DNA of 64,000 nucleotides from Alkalispirochaeta sp. (lineage in GTDB: Bacteria > Spirochaetota > Spirochaetia > DSM-27196 > Alkalispirochaetaceae), in the NCBI GenBank assembly GCA_965242725.1, contig CBDESZ010000004.1:320001-384000 (forward strand). The letters are read 5' to 3'. A program made the translations under genes and the position numbers. Below are positions 18,762 to 29,282 of the stretch, one piece after another. The notes under the pieces are model-generated. The model made no database searches and had not been told where the DNA came from. It saw only the letters and a list, made by a program, of their open reading frames with translations. Each line of letters opens with the position of its first letter. Position 1 is the stretch's first letter.

Positions 18762-20913
18762 TCAGAAGCCGGGGATTGGCAGGCGGCGACGAACTTCATC
18801 CTCCAGGCGCTCTCGGCCCTGTTCAAGCTGCTCTTCCACCTGTTGTTCCGCCTCGTCCCGCAGCCGCTCTTCCTGATCACGAAGATAGTTTTCGATCCGC
18901 TCTTCCGCCGCGGAGCGTTGCTCCTCTATGAGGTTCCGGTACGTCTCCGCTTCGGCGAGCTCATCCCGGGAGCGGCCCGTCGCGGCCTCGATACGGGATA
19001 ACAGGTCTCCGTATTCCGCAAATTCTCCGGCGATCCGATCTCTGAATGTCTCTTCAATTTCCGTTTTCACTGCCGAACGCCCGGCGGCCATCAGTTGATC
19101 CACCCGTCCCCGGAGGAGGCGGACGAGGGAGGTGTCGCCGGAAAAGCCGGTCAGCCTGCCGTCGGCGATTTCATAGGATATCCGTGCCGTCAGGGGCGAT
19201 GTCCCGTTTATGGAATCGGCGATGATGCCTGCGGTAATCCCGGCGGCACCGGGTGCGGCGGCAACCGTGACCGCAGGGTTCCGGATGTCCACGCCCATGT
19301 CTCCCGTCAGGAGAATGCCCGCTCCCGGGGAGGCCGAAATTGTTCCGTCTGCGTTCAGCGAGCCGGTGCCGGAGAAGGAACTGAATCCGAGGGATCGCGC
19401 CGCTTCGGGGAGGGGCGGCGTAAATCCCGAGACGGCAAGGGTATATGCCCCGAGCGGCGTCGCCTCCGCGCGCAGATCGATTGTTCCCGTCACCTCGCTG
19501 CGCATGCCGTTGCGATCGTGCAAATAGGTGATGGAGGTTGGCTCACCGAGGAGGTCGGGCGCCGATGAGATGTTGGAGAGGGGTGACGGCAATTGTTTCT
19601 CCGGCGGCGGGTGTTGCTTCCGCCTCCACATGGGCGACGAGAAAACGGGGATAGACGGCAGTGGAAAAGGGGACGTCCCGACCGCCCCGTCGCGGCGTCT
19701 CAACGGACGACGGCGTCCGGTTGCCTATCGCCTCGGATACGCGCCGGAGGCGGGCGACGATATTCACCGCTCGCGTGTACGTTGTGCCCAGAAAGGATTC
19801 CGCGAACCGCCGCGCGGTGTCCACGGTCATCTCCCGGGGATCGATGTCCAGGGAAGGTATGTTGTCGGCGAGAATCGCGAGGTCCGCCTCGACGGCGCGG
19901 TTTATCTCTTCTGCGGCGGTACCCGCGGCGGCGGCCTGCCGTTGTATGTCCCGGGCGGTCTCTTCAATCGTTCCATAGAGTTCCCGGGCGTCGGTGACCC
20001 GTCGATTGAGCTGATCGACGGTTCGACGGAGCGTTTCGATGTCGTCAATTCGCGAGATATCGAGCTCCCGCGCATCCACGGCAAATTCCCGGAGTTCCGC
20101 CGTCCCGCCGACGATGGAGTCCAGGTCCGACTGGATGTCACGGTAGGTGCGTTCACCGTCGTCGATGAGACGCCGGACGAGAGTCGGCGAGGTCAGCTCG
20201 CCGGAAACCGATGTGATGAGCTCTTCCGGGTCGACATTCAGCGCGGAGAGTCCCAGGCCTGACGGTATTTCCCGGGCGGCGTCGGCGGCCGTCGATGCAA
20301 GGGGCGAAGTGGAGCGGCTGTCGTCGTCTGATCGTTCCGGGAGGGCGCCGGAAATCTCCCGTTCCGTCCCGAAGACGATGCCCTGCACGGCGATCCGGGA
20401 CATGACAACGTTGCCTTTGAGCAGTTCCGCGGTGCTGATATCGATGATCGCCGGTCCGACGGCGAAGAGGTTGGTCATCGGTCGGTCCCTGTCGGCCACC
20501 GTAATCGCGTCGACTTCTATGACTCCGCGCAGCGAGGCGAAATGCAGGTTGGATATCTCGCTCTCCGCTTCGAAAATGGTCTCGAGAAGTGCCTCGCCTC
20601 CCTCCTGCAGCCAGCGATCCTTGAAGAGCATCGTCACCGTTGTCGCTCCACCGAGGATGATAAAAAGAACGATGAAGGGTCCCAGTTTGACAAAACCGCG
20701 ATTCTTTTTGATCTCCCTGAGGATGCGGGCGACTCTCGTGCGCTCCTCAGTGGAAAGGGAGTCGCTGAGCCGATACATGCCGTCGTCGTCCTCCGCAAAG
20801 GCGGCGCGGATGCGTTCCGCTTCCGCGGGAAGGTGTATACGGCGGAGTATCTTCTTTTGAAAGGTGCGGCCAGGTATGGGTTTACGGTATTTTCTCGGGA
20901 TCCGCGCGGCCAT
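18762..20913 (-). CDS. TIGR03545-like membrane-anchored protein, split by a 1-nt insertion near 19580
   Basis: TM, then 'VADRDRPMTNLF', 'VFGTEREISGALP', coiled coil, 'RGGRDVPF...PRFL'; continues in the next frame as 'LSNISSAPDLLGEP'; follows the TIGR03546-like gene. Confidence 0.72.
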
Positions 20914-20933
20914 TGGTGCTCCTCTTTCCTTTC

Positions 20934-21473
20934 CTATGCGACGACGGAGTAGATTCCCTGAAATCGTTTTACCAGGGAAACAAACCGGGAGACGACGGGT
21001 ATTTTTTCAAGGGCTCGTACCACCCTGCTGTCGGCGATTCTGGGATGCACTGTTTTCCGGTAGAAGCCCACGCCGGCGCGGGCGATGAAAAAGAGGGGTA
21101 TCCACGCGACGAGGCCGAGGGCAAGTCCTCCCATGACGACGGTGTTGTTGAAGCGGGTGTAGGGCACGAGGGGAAGGCTGTACAGCGTCGTCCATGTTGC
21201 GTCCAGACCGTTTGCGGTGAGGATCGCCTCGCCAAGACGGTGAAGAAGGGGGTCCGCCACAAAGACCAGTGGCTTGAATACCGCCAGAACCAGAAGGGTT
21301 ATGGCGAAATTGACCCTGATGAGGGCGGTGAGGGCGAAGAGGGCGATCCATAGCAGATTGCCCGCCGGGATAAGCGCCAACAGAACGCCCATTGCGACTC
21401 CCGCGGCGATCTCACCGGGGCGCCGGTTGGCGTTGAAACTTGCCACGATTTTTGCGATCCAGGTGATGAGCAT
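20934..21473 (-). CDS. TIGR03546-like membrane protein
   Basis: 'PGEIAAGVAMG', 'LHRLGEAIL', 'PLVPYTRFNNTVVMGG'. Confidence 0.8.
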   Translation of the reverse strand: MLITWIAKIVASFNANRRPGEIAAGVAMGVLLALIPAGNLLWIALFALTALIRVNFAITLLVLAVFKPLVFVADPLLHRLGEAILTANGLDATWTTLYSLPLVPYTRFNNTVVMGGLALGLVAWIPLFFIARAGVGFYRKTVHPRIADSRVVRALEKIPVVSRFVSLVKRFQGIYSVVA

Positions 21474-21547
21474 GGCTCTATTGTACGACAAAGTGGCCCG
21501 ATACACACGCCCGGCGAGGCGGGACGGGCCGAAGGAGGGGATGGAAT

Positions 21548-22474
21548 CTATGCGGAACCGGATGGTTCAGTTTGACGAGAAATTCTGGAATCCAGGAAGC
21601 GTTTGAATATCACCATACTGCCGACCCAGGCGAGTTCCGAGGTGATGAGGAAGGTGCTGACCTCCGGCGAGAAGTAGAGGTATGCCAGGACGATGACGAT
21701 GGCAGTGTTGTTGACGCCGCTGCCGAGGGCGTAACTGACGCGGTCGCGCCGGGTGGTGCCGGGGAAGAGGAGCCAGCCGAAGGTGTAGTAGAGAAGAAAG
21801 ATGACGATCGCCACGGCGAAGAATGCCGCCGCTTCCACGGCGTGGGCGATGATGAAGGATTTCTGCTTGCTGATGACAAGCATTACCAGGATGCCGATCG
21901 CCGGTACGACGAAGAGGGAGTCGTTTTTCCTGAGCCATTGCGCTGCGGGGCGCCGCCGCAGGGGCAGATGGGCGATAAGGGGAACGAAGACGCTGATCAG
22001 GAGGGTCCGGAATATGGAGAGAATGTCCAGGTCTATGTGGCGCGCAACGAGAAGCTGCAACACCACCGGTATGAGGAAGGGTGCGAGAAAGGCACTGATG
22101 ACGACAATGAGTATGGAGAGGGAGACGTTGCCGTTGTATATGCTCGTCACGCCCGGGGAGGCGACGCCGGCGGGGGCCAGGCTCAACAGGAGAACCGCCG
22201 TTGCGAGGGCGGGGTAAACTCCCTGGACGATGAGCCACAGCAGCACCGCCAGGACGGGGTAACGGAGGAGGTAGAATACCGCCGGATGCCAGGGGGAGAT
22301 CGCCTTTACTTCTCCAAGGGATATCTGAAATGCCGAGACGAAGATCAGGATCGCCAGAAAGAGGATCATCACCTGTGCGGGTATGTGTTCCACACCGGGT
22401 ACGATGAAGCCGAGAACGACAAATGCGAGAAGTATGGTGGTAAAGCGAGTACGTAAGAACTGCGAGATATTCAC
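21548..22474 (-). CDS. Bile acid:sodium symporter family transporter
   Basis: About 9-10 TM helices; 'LAPAGVASP', 'NGNVSLS', 'GVNNTAI'. Probable GTG start at 22474. Confidence 0.8.
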   Translation of the reverse strand: MNISQFLRTRFTTILLAFVVLGFIVPGVEHIPAQVMILFLAILIFVSAFQISLGEVKAISPWHPAVFYLLRYPVLAVLLWLIVQGVYPALATAVLLLSLAPAGVASPGVTSIYNGNVSLSILIVVISAFLAPFLIPVVLQLLVARHIDLDILSIFRTLLISVFVPLIAHLPLRRRPAAQWLRKNDSLFVVPAIGILVMLVISKQKSFIIAHAVEAAAFFAVAIVIFLLYYTFGWLLFPGTTRRDRVSYALGSGVNNTAIVIVLAYLYFSPEVSTFLITSELAWVGSMVIFKRFLDSRISRQTEPSGSA

Positions 22475-22618
22475 GGTGCGTACAGTAGCTGTTCTTGGTC
22501 GTCCCGGCAAGGGCGGTGTTCCCGGTGGAGTCCCCGGGCGCGTCTTCGGCCGAGCCCTCGGCGGCAGCCTCGGCGGCGGCCATATTGATCGCGCAGACGT
22601 GGAGAGGTAGTGTGTGAT

Positions 22619-23072
22619 ATGGACAGTGGAAAGACGGGACGTCGGGGCAGTAGAGGCGGGCGCGTCGGCTACGACCGGGGCGGCGGCGCGCCCTTTCCGG
22701 TAGTGAGAATATTCGCGGACGGGACGGGTACCACCCATTTTGAGGACGGCTGCATTGAACTTGAGCCGGCGGGGGCGATCGGCAGCCTCTCGGACGCGAT
22801 TCCCGGGGGGCGGGTGTTTTTTCGCCGTACCGACGACGACTACGATTACGACTGGCATCCGACGCCGGCGCGGCAGTTTATCATTCTTCTCAACGGTGAG
22901 ATTGAAATCGAGACGGGGGACGGTGAGATGCGCCGCATAGCAGGCGGAGAGGTGCTGTTCCTGGAGGATACGACGGCGCCGGGCCACCGGACAAAAAACG
23001 TGGGCGAGACGCCGCGATGGTCGGTTTTCATTCAGACCGACGCCCCCGTGCCGTATGTGCCTTTGAGGAATA
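22619..23072 (+). CDS. Cupin-like protein; native 3' end probably lost at the sequence junction (ORF reads on to 23245)
   Basis: 'IFADGTGTTHFED', 'WHPTPARQF', 'EIETGDGE', 'LEDTTAPGH'. Confidence 0.75.
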
Positions 23073-23270
23073 GTCGGAGCGGATGCGGCGGCGGGGCTCG
23101 GCTACTACATGCTGTTGATGAACGGGCGGGTGCAGACGGACGCGATGTTCGCGGCGTTGCTGGTGCTCGCGGTGATGGCGGTGGCGCTCTACGCCGCCGT
23201 GGATTTTGGCCTGAAACGGGCGCTGCCGTGGCAAGCGGACAGTGATCCCAGTTTGGAGGAGAGACGATGA
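23073..23270 (+). pseudogene. 3' fragment of an ABC permease (ThiX/SsuC-like), truncated at its 5' side
   Basis: Hand translation: AGLGYYMLLMNGRVQTDAMFAALLVLAVMAVALYAAVDFGLKRALPWQADSDPSLEERR*. The stop overlaps the next ATG (ATGA); upstream there is an in-frame stop at 23064. Confidence 0.8.
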
Positions 23271-24199
23271 AGCGTTTGTTGCTGGCAGCGTTGATGATGG
23301 TTGGGGCGACGGGCATGGCGCGAGCGGAGCCGCTGACGGTGCTGCTCGACTGGTTCGTCAACCCGGACCACGGGCCGCTGATCGTCGCGCAGGAACTTGG
23401 CTACTTCGCCGAGCGGGACCTGGAGGTGGAGCTGGTGCCGCCGGCGGACCCGAGCGCGCCGCCGCGGCTGGTCGCGGCGGGGCAGGCCGATTTGGCGGTG
23501 TCGTACCAACCGCAGCTATACCTGCAGGTGGCGGAAGGGTTGCCGCTGGCGCGGGTCGGGACGCTGGTGGACTCGCCGTTGAACTCGCTGGTGGTGCTGG
23601 CGGACGGGCCGGTGCAGTCGATCGCCGACCTGAAGGGGCGCAAGGTCGGGTTCTCCGTCGGCGGGATGGAGGACGCGCTGCTCGGGACGATGCTGGAGAC
23701 GCACGGGTTGACGCTGGAGGACGTGGAACTGGTCAACGTCAACTTTTCACTGTCCCCTTCCCTAATGTCGGGGCAAGTGGACGCGGTGATCGGGGCGTTT
23801 CGCAACTTCGAACTGAACCAGATGGACATCGAGGGGCGGCCGGGGCGGGCGTTCCTGCCGGAGGAAGAAGGCGTGCCGACTTATGACGAGTTGATCCTGG
23901 TGGCGCGAACGGACTCCCTGGACGACGCGCGGGTGCCGCGGTTCCTCGACGCCATCGCCGCGGCGACCAAGTTCATCGTGGACGACCCGGACGCCGGGTG
24001 GGCGTTGTTCATCGACGGGCGGCCGGACCTGGACGACGAACTGAACCGGCGGGCGTGGCGGGACACGGTGCCGAAGTTTCCGGCAGACCCCGTGGCATTG
24101 CCGGACGACCGGTACGCCGACTTCGGGGCGTTCCTGGTGGAACGGGGGATGATCGAAACGGCGCCGGCGGTGGAGGAGATCGCGGTGGAAGTGCGGTAG
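23267..24199 (+). CDS. NMT1/THI5-like (ThiY-type) ABC substrate-binding protein
   Basis: Signal peptide; 'LDWFVNPDHGP', 'SYQPQL', 'GAFRNFELNQ', 'GVPTYDELI'. Confidence 0.88.
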   Translation: MKRLLLAALMMVGATGMARAEPLTVLLDWFVNPDHGPLIVAQELGYFAERDLEVELVPPADPSAPPRLVAAGQADLAVSYQPQLYLQVAEGLPLARVGTLVDSPLNSLVVLADGPVQSIADLKGRKVGFSVGGMEDALLGTMLETHGLTLEDVELVNVNFSLSPSLMSGQVDAVIGAFRNFELNQMDIEGRPGRAFLPEEEGVPTYDELILVARTDSLDDARVPRFLDAIAAATKFIVDDPDAGWALFIDGRPDLDDELNRRAWRDTVPKFPADPVALPDDRYADFGAFLVERGMIETAPAVEEIAVEVR

Positions 24200-24292
24200 G
24201 CGGGCGGCACGGGTGGCGGGCTGCGCTTTAACGGATCATGCCCGAGGTGTTCCGGCGCGAGAAGACCGACACGGCTGATGCCGGCGGTGGGA

Positions 24293-25240
24293 TCAGCGAA
24301 CCACGTAGAGACGCATCAAAATGTCTTGGTCGTGGTTACCGAAATTGCGGCCGAAAATGTTTACCCCGCCAGGGTGTTCGGCATCCTCGGCAATGCCGAC
24401 GCGGAGGCGGATCGAGTGGTGTCCCGATAGGTTGAGATCGGCGACCGTCACGTCAGAAACCTTTTCCCCGTTGACAAAAGTGCCTTCGTCGGTGATGCGC
24501 CAAGTCGTGAGCTGGCCGTACTGAGAGCCCTCGAGCTTCCACCAGGATGGTGTGAAGAGGCCGCGTTGATCACCAAAGTCACCAGGCGACCTCCAGGTGC
24601 CGGCCATGGTTTCGTTGACCCAAATGCTGATATCGGACGGCCAGTCGGAGTTTGTGCCCGGGACCTCGGAGCTGAGTTCCAAACTGAATTCGAGCATCTC
24701 GACTGCAGCATTGAGTACTTTTGCATTATTGGGAAATTTGTACTCGAGGTAACCGCGGCCGAACCACACCAGGGATGCCTGCATGCGGTTGGGGTCGAGG
24801 AAGTAGTCGGGCACGTCGAGCAACCCGATGATGCCGGTGGTGGAGCACAAGCCGCAAGGCGTCGATACCTGATACTCGGTGTACAAGCCGGGTGGCATCG
24901 CGACTTCGATTACATTGTCTTCCCGCTCAACGGGTGAGGCGTCGAGGCGGATAATAATCTCGTCGAAACACGACGCGCAGACCTTCTGCTGGCCGCGCTT
25001 GCCTTTAGCGGATTCCGTGGTGATCAGGCGCGATTCCTCCAACATTTGCACGTTGGTGGCGATGGTCGACTGCGGCGTCGCCATGTTCTTGCTGATCTCG
25101 TTGACGCTCATCGGTCCTGCAGATTGCAGGAGGTGCAGAATCCGTAGCCGTAAAGGTGAGGCCAAGGTCCTGACGATATTTGGGTTTTCGTTGGGATTGA
25201 TCGTCAGAAACCGGCGGCGGCCATGGTTGCGCTGGGCCAT
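24293..25240 (-). CDS. ArsR-type HTH transcriptional regulator of the sugar locus
   Basis: 'LASPLRLRIL...QSTIATNVQMLEE' HTH; 'TPCGLCS', 'WPSDI', 'WRSPGDFG', 'SQYG' C-terminal domain; divergent from the arabinofuranosidase gene. Confidence 0.82.
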   Translation of the reverse strand: MAQRNHGRRRFLTINPNENPNIVRTLASPLRLRILHLLQSAGPMSVNEISKNMATPQSTIATNVQMLEESRLITTESAKGKRGQQKVCASCFDEIIIRLDASPVEREDNVIEVAMPPGLYTEYQVSTPCGLCSTTGIIGLLDVPDYFLDPNRMQASLVWFGRGYLEYKFPNNAKVLNAAVEMLEFSLELSSEVPGTNSDWPSDISIWVNETMAGTWRSPGDFGDQRGLFTPSWWKLEGSQYGQLTTWRITDEGTFVNGEKVSDVTVADLNLSGHHSIRLRVGIAEDAEHPGGVNIFGRNFGNHDQDILMRLYVVR

Positions 25241-25315
25241 CGCCGTTTCTTTCGGTCTGCTGGTCGCCATCAAATTGGGTCCTGTGTACTCACCGGACAA
25301 TTAAACCCGATTTTC

Positions 25316-25366
25316 TGATACATATCAATAAGTACGTTGACGAGGGTTGATGACTGGTACTACTGT
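25316..25366 (+). promoter_or_regulatory. Candidate operator TGATA-CA-TATCA and sigma70-like promoter (TTGACG-18-TACTGT)
   Basis: AT-rich divergent intergenic region; motifs read directly. Confidence 0.4.
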
Positions 25367-25473
25367 TGCCTGGTCCGCACCCAAATAGGCCGAAAAGAGC
25401 AAGGGCGCCGTCGGTTCGGACCGCGGCAGCGACGGTCCGTTAGCAGCGACAGCGGACTCGACAGGGCAGGAAG

Positions 25474-26994
25474 ATGAAGTCGAAACTTTCTATCCACCGC
25501 GATTTTCGAATCGCACCGGTCGACGACCGGGTCTACGGCGCATTTCTCGAGCATCTTGGCCGTGCGGTGTACACCGGGATTTATGAGCCGGGACATCGGA
25601 CCGCCGATGAAAGCGGTTTTCGCGGCGACGTCATCGAGTTGGTGCGAGAACTAAATCCGCCAGTCGTGCGCTATCCCGGCGGCAACTTTGTCTCCGCCTA
25701 CAATTGGGAAGACGGCGTCGGGCCGCGCGACGAGCGGCCGGTGCGCCTCGACCTGGCATGGCGGTCAAGGGAGACCAACGAGATCGGCACCAATGAGTTT
25801 GCCGATTGGGCGAAGCTCGCCAATACAGAGATGATGCTGGCCGTTAACCTAGGCTCGCGCGATCTGGACGGTGCCCGCAACTTCCTGGAGTACTGTAACC
25901 ATCCGGGCGGCACGTACTGGAGCGACTTGCGCGCGAAGCACGGATACCGCGATCCCCACGACGTGAAGCTGTGGTGCCTGGGCAATGAAATGGACGGGCC
26001 GTGGCAGGTTGGTCATAAGACGGCCCGTGAGTACGGCGAGGTCGCGAACGAAACCTCGAAAGCGTTCAAATACTACGATGCGTCGATTCAAACGGTGGTT
26101 TGCGGATCGTCACACGATCGTATGGCTACTTACCCCGAGTGGGAAGCGACGGTTCTGGAGGAGTGTTTCGACAGTGTCGATTACATCTCACTGCACCGAT
26201 ATTTCGATAATTTCGAGAACGACACGCCGAACTACCTGGCTAAAACCATTTCGCTGGATCGCTATATCCGCACCGTTTCCGGGGTTATTGACTATGTGAA
26301 GGCGAAGAACCGGTCGAAGAACGACGTCTTCATCAGCTTTGACGAGTGGAATGTCTGGTACCACGAGCGCGAAAATGACGCCAAACGCGTCAAGGAGTGG
26401 GATTGGCCGGTCGCGCCGCCGTTGCTCGAGGATGCTTACAACTTCGAAGACGCATTGCTTGTGGCCGGGATTATCAACGTGTTCCTGCGCCACGCCGACC
26501 GGGTGAAGATCGCTTGCATCGCCCAACTGGTGAACGTCATTGCGCCGATCATGACCGCGACAGGCGGCCCGGCATGGCGGCAGTCTATCTTCCACCCGCT
26601 GCAGATCGCATCACGCCTGGGACGCGGCATTTCACTCAATGTCGTGACCGACTCACCGACCTATGACTGCGATGAAGCTGACGACGTTCCGTATGCCGAC
26701 GTCAGCGCCGTGGCGTCTGCGGACGGTGCGACGGTGACCATATTCGCGGTCAACCGGCACATGAGTGAACCAATGGAGATCGACGCAAGTCTGATCGGGT
26801 TCGGCGAGTTAGCTATCACCGAGCATCTTGCGCTGGCGGACTGCGATCCGAAAACCGCGAATTCGGCGCAACATCCAGATGCCGTCCGACCGAAGCGAGG
26901 CAGCGGGCTGGCGATTGTCGACGGCGACCGGCTGGTGGGTGCGCTGCCGGCGTTCTCATACGCGGCTATTACGTGCCGTGCGATCACGACATGA
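25474..26994 (+). CDS. abfA: Alpha-L-arabinofuranosidase (GH51)
   Basis: 'YGAFLEHLGRAVY', 'RYPGGNF', 'WCLGNEMDGPWQ', 'SFDEWNVWY', 'IAQLVNVIAPI'. Confidence 0.93.
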   Translation: MKSKLSIHRDFRIAPVDDRVYGAFLEHLGRAVYTGIYEPGHRTADESGFRGDVIELVRELNPPVVRYPGGNFVSAYNWEDGVGPRDERPVRLDLAWRSRETNEIGTNEFADWAKLANTEMMLAVNLGSRDLDGARNFLEYCNHPGGTYWSDLRAKHGYRDPHDVKLWCLGNEMDGPWQVGHKTAREYGEVANETSKAFKYYDASIQTVVCGSSHDRMATYPEWEATVLEECFDSVDYISLHRYFDNFENDTPNYLAKTISLDRYIRTVSGVIDYVKAKNRSKNDVFISFDEWNVWYHERENDAKRVKEWDWPVAPPLLEDAYNFEDALLVAGIINVFLRHADRVKIACIAQLVNVIAPIMTATGGPAWRQSIFHPLQIASRLGRGISLNVVTDSPTYDCDEADDVPYADVSAVASADGATVTIFAVNRHMSEPMEIDASLIGFGELAITEHLALADCDPKTANSAQHPDAVRPKRGSGLAIVDGDRLVGALPAFSYAAITCRAITT

Positions 26995-27040
26995 CGGGCG
27001 CGTGCTTGCAACTAATGGAAATAGCCTAAGGGAGAAAACG

Positions 27041-28309
27041 ATGAAGATGATCAGGGGTATCCTCGCCGTTCCGTTTTTTTTCGCTGCGATGGGTGCGGCA
27101 CAAGCGCAGACAGAAGTCGTTTGGTGGGACTTCCTGGGCGGCGGCGACGGCGTCCGGATGAAAACGTTGATCGACGAGTTCAACGCGTCCCATCCGGACA
27201 TCGAAATTCAAGCAACGACCCTGGAGTGGGGCGTTCCGTTCTATACCAAGGTGCAGACTTCCGCCGCGGTTGGCGAGGGGCCCGACATGATGACGTATCA
27301 CGCGTCACGGATCCCGTTGGGCGTCGACACCAACGTGCTGAGCGAAATCACGGCTGAAGACATGGCCGCGATGGGTTTGGGCGCCGAAGACTTCTCGCCC
27401 GCGACATGGGACGCGGTGCATGTGGACGGCACGCAATACGCGGTGCCGTTCGATACGCACCCGATCGTGCTCTACTACAACAAGGAGATCCTCGCCAACG
27501 CCGGTTTGCTTGGCGACGACGGCCTGCCCAAGGGGCTCGACGGCATCGAGAACTTCTCGAATGCATTGCAGGCGATCCAGGACACCGGTGTTGAGTGGTC
27601 GATGTCCACCTTTACCGCGTCGGGCAATTTCCAGTTCCGCACCATCTACTCTCTGCTCGGCCAGCAGGACGGTGAAATGCTGTCGGGCGATGAGTGGCTG
27701 GCCGGTGACAACAAGGAAAAGCTGATCAACGCCTTGCGCGTGGTGTCGGACTGGGTCGGTGACGGCCACGTACCGGCGTACACCGAGTACCCGGCCGCCA
27801 TCGCGCTGTTTACGTCCGGGCAATCGGCCATGCACATCAACGGTGTATGGGAAGTGCCAACCATGGTCGACCTGCACGAGAAGGGCGAGCTATTCGAATG
27901 GGGCGCGGTCGAATTGCCAGTGTTCTTCGACCATCCGTCGACGTACTCCGACTCCCACGCGTTCGCAATTCCCAATAACGCGGATAACCCGATTTCCGAC
28001 GAGAAACGGGAGGCGGTGCGCACGGTGATCGCGTGGATGTTGGACAACGGCCTATTTTGGGCCACCGCGGGGCACATCCCGGCTTTGAACTCGGTGACAC
28101 AATCGGCGGAATATCAAGCGATGGAGCCGAATGCAACCTACGCCGTGCTGACCAAAAACGCGGTGTTCGATCCCAAGTCAAAGCATGCGGGCGTGGCGTC
28201 GCCCATGTTTGATGCCGCTGGCAACAGCTTTACCGCAAGCGTCAACGGTGAGATGGACGCCGCGGAGGCTGTCGACCTCATGAAGGACGAGCTCGACTTT
28301 CTAGATTAG
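27041..28309 (+). CDS. Carbohydrate ABC substrate-binding protein
   Basis: GGAG RBS, signal peptide, 'WWDFLGGGDG', 'YAVPFDTHPIVLYYN', 'NGVWE'. Confidence 0.9.
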   Translation: MKMIRGILAVPFFFAAMGAAQAQTEVVWWDFLGGGDGVRMKTLIDEFNASHPDIEIQATTLEWGVPFYTKVQTSAAVGEGPDMMTYHASRIPLGVDTNVLSEITAEDMAAMGLGAEDFSPATWDAVHVDGTQYAVPFDTHPIVLYYNKEILANAGLLGDDGLPKGLDGIENFSNALQAIQDTGVEWSMSTFTASGNFQFRTIYSLLGQQDGEMLSGDEWLAGDNKEKLINALRVVSDWVGDGHVPAYTEYPAAIALFTSGQSAMHINGVWEVPTMVDLHEKGELFEWGAVELPVFFDHPSTYSDSHAFAIPNNADNPISDEKREAVRTVIAWMLDNGLFWATAGHIPALNSVTQSAEYQAMEPNATYAVLTKNAVFDPKSKHAGVASPMFDAAGNSFTASVNGEMDAAEAVDLMKDELDFLD

Positions 28310-28326
28310 CGCTCAATGGCTGCTGC

Positions 28327-28355
28327 CCGCCGGCGTTGACCCTCAGCGCCGGCGG
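28327..28355 (+). terminator. Stem-loop between the SBP and permease genes (mRNA-stabilising or attenuating)
   Basis: CCGCCGGCGTTGA-CCC-TCAGCGCCGGCGG; no clear U-tract. Confidence 0.5.
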
Positions 28356-28397
28356 CTGCACCATCTTCGTAGGCGATGATGAACCCGTGGTGACACC

Positions 28398-29282
28398 ATG
28401 GCTACTCGGTCGATCAAACGCTCGGAGGCGCTGGTTGCACTGATCCTCGTTGCGCCGTTTGTAGCTATCTATCTTTGGCTGTTCATCTGGCCGACGGCGC
28501 AGATGGTGCTTTTGAGTTTCACCAATGCGCCACTGATCGGCGAGGGCCGATTTACCGGTCTGCGCAACTATGAGCGCCTGTTCAACGACCGCGTATTCAA
28601 GATTGCATTCTGGAACACCGCTTACTTCGTTGTTTTAACCGTAATCCCCGGCACCCTCATCGGGCTCGGCATTGCATTAATGGTGACGCGCCTGAACGGC
28701 TGGATACAAAGCGCCATCTTGGCCCTGTTTTTCTTGCCGTTTATTTTGCCGGTTTCGGTCGTTTATCTGATCTGGAACTGGATGTTCGATATTCAGTTTG
28801 GGATCGCGCAATATGTGATCGCGCCGATCGTAGGTGAACCGGTAGCGGTGTTCCGCCAGCGGGCGTGGTTTATGCCGGCGGTCGCCCTGGTGACCATATG
28901 GTGGACCAACGGGTTCAACATTCTGTTGTTCCTGGCGGGTTTGCGAAATATCCCGGAGGAGCTTTATGAGGCCGCGGCGTTAGAGGGTGCGAACCGCTGG
29001 CAGACCTTTCGCGCGATAACCTGGCCACTAATATGGCCAGTCACGGCGCTGGTTCTGACTTTGCAGTTGATCCTGCAGCTCAAGATCTTCGACCAGGTCT
29101 ATTTGTTCTCCCTCGGGGGACGTACGCAAACAACTATGGTGTTGGTCCAATACATCTATCAACAGGCTTTCATTAGTAATCGTGGTGGCTATGGGGCTAC
29201 GGTCGCGCTGGCGCTTTTCGTAATCATCATCGCGATGTCGATTCTGCAATTCCAGGCGCTTAGAGCGCGGGGCAGAAAATGA
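28398..29282 (+). CDS. Carbohydrate ABC permease (MalF-type)
   Basis: EAA loop 'IPEELYEAAALEGA', 6 TMs. Confidence 0.92.
   Translation: MATRSIKRSEALVALILVAPFVAIYLWLFIWPTAQMVLLSFTNAPLIGEGRFTGLRNYERLFNDRVFKIAFWNTAYFVVLTVIPGTLIGLGIALMVTRLNGWIQSAILALFFLPFILPVSVVYLIWNWMFDIQFGIAQYVIAPIVGEPVAVFRQRAWFMPAVALVTIWWTNGFNILLFLAGLRNIPEELYEAAALEGANRWQTFRAITWPLIWPVTALVLTLQLILQLKIFDQVYLFSLGGRTQTTMVLVQYIYQQAFISNRGGYGATVALALFVIIIAMSILQFQALRARGRK

Noticed and set aside
21548..22987. 479-aa version of the symporter
   Set aside because: The N-terminal 170 aa are antisense to the cupin gene and low complexity; the real start is probably GTG 22474.
22610..23245. 211-aa cupin with a novel C-terminal domain
   Set aside because: The tail is out-of-frame read-through into the permease fragment across the junction.
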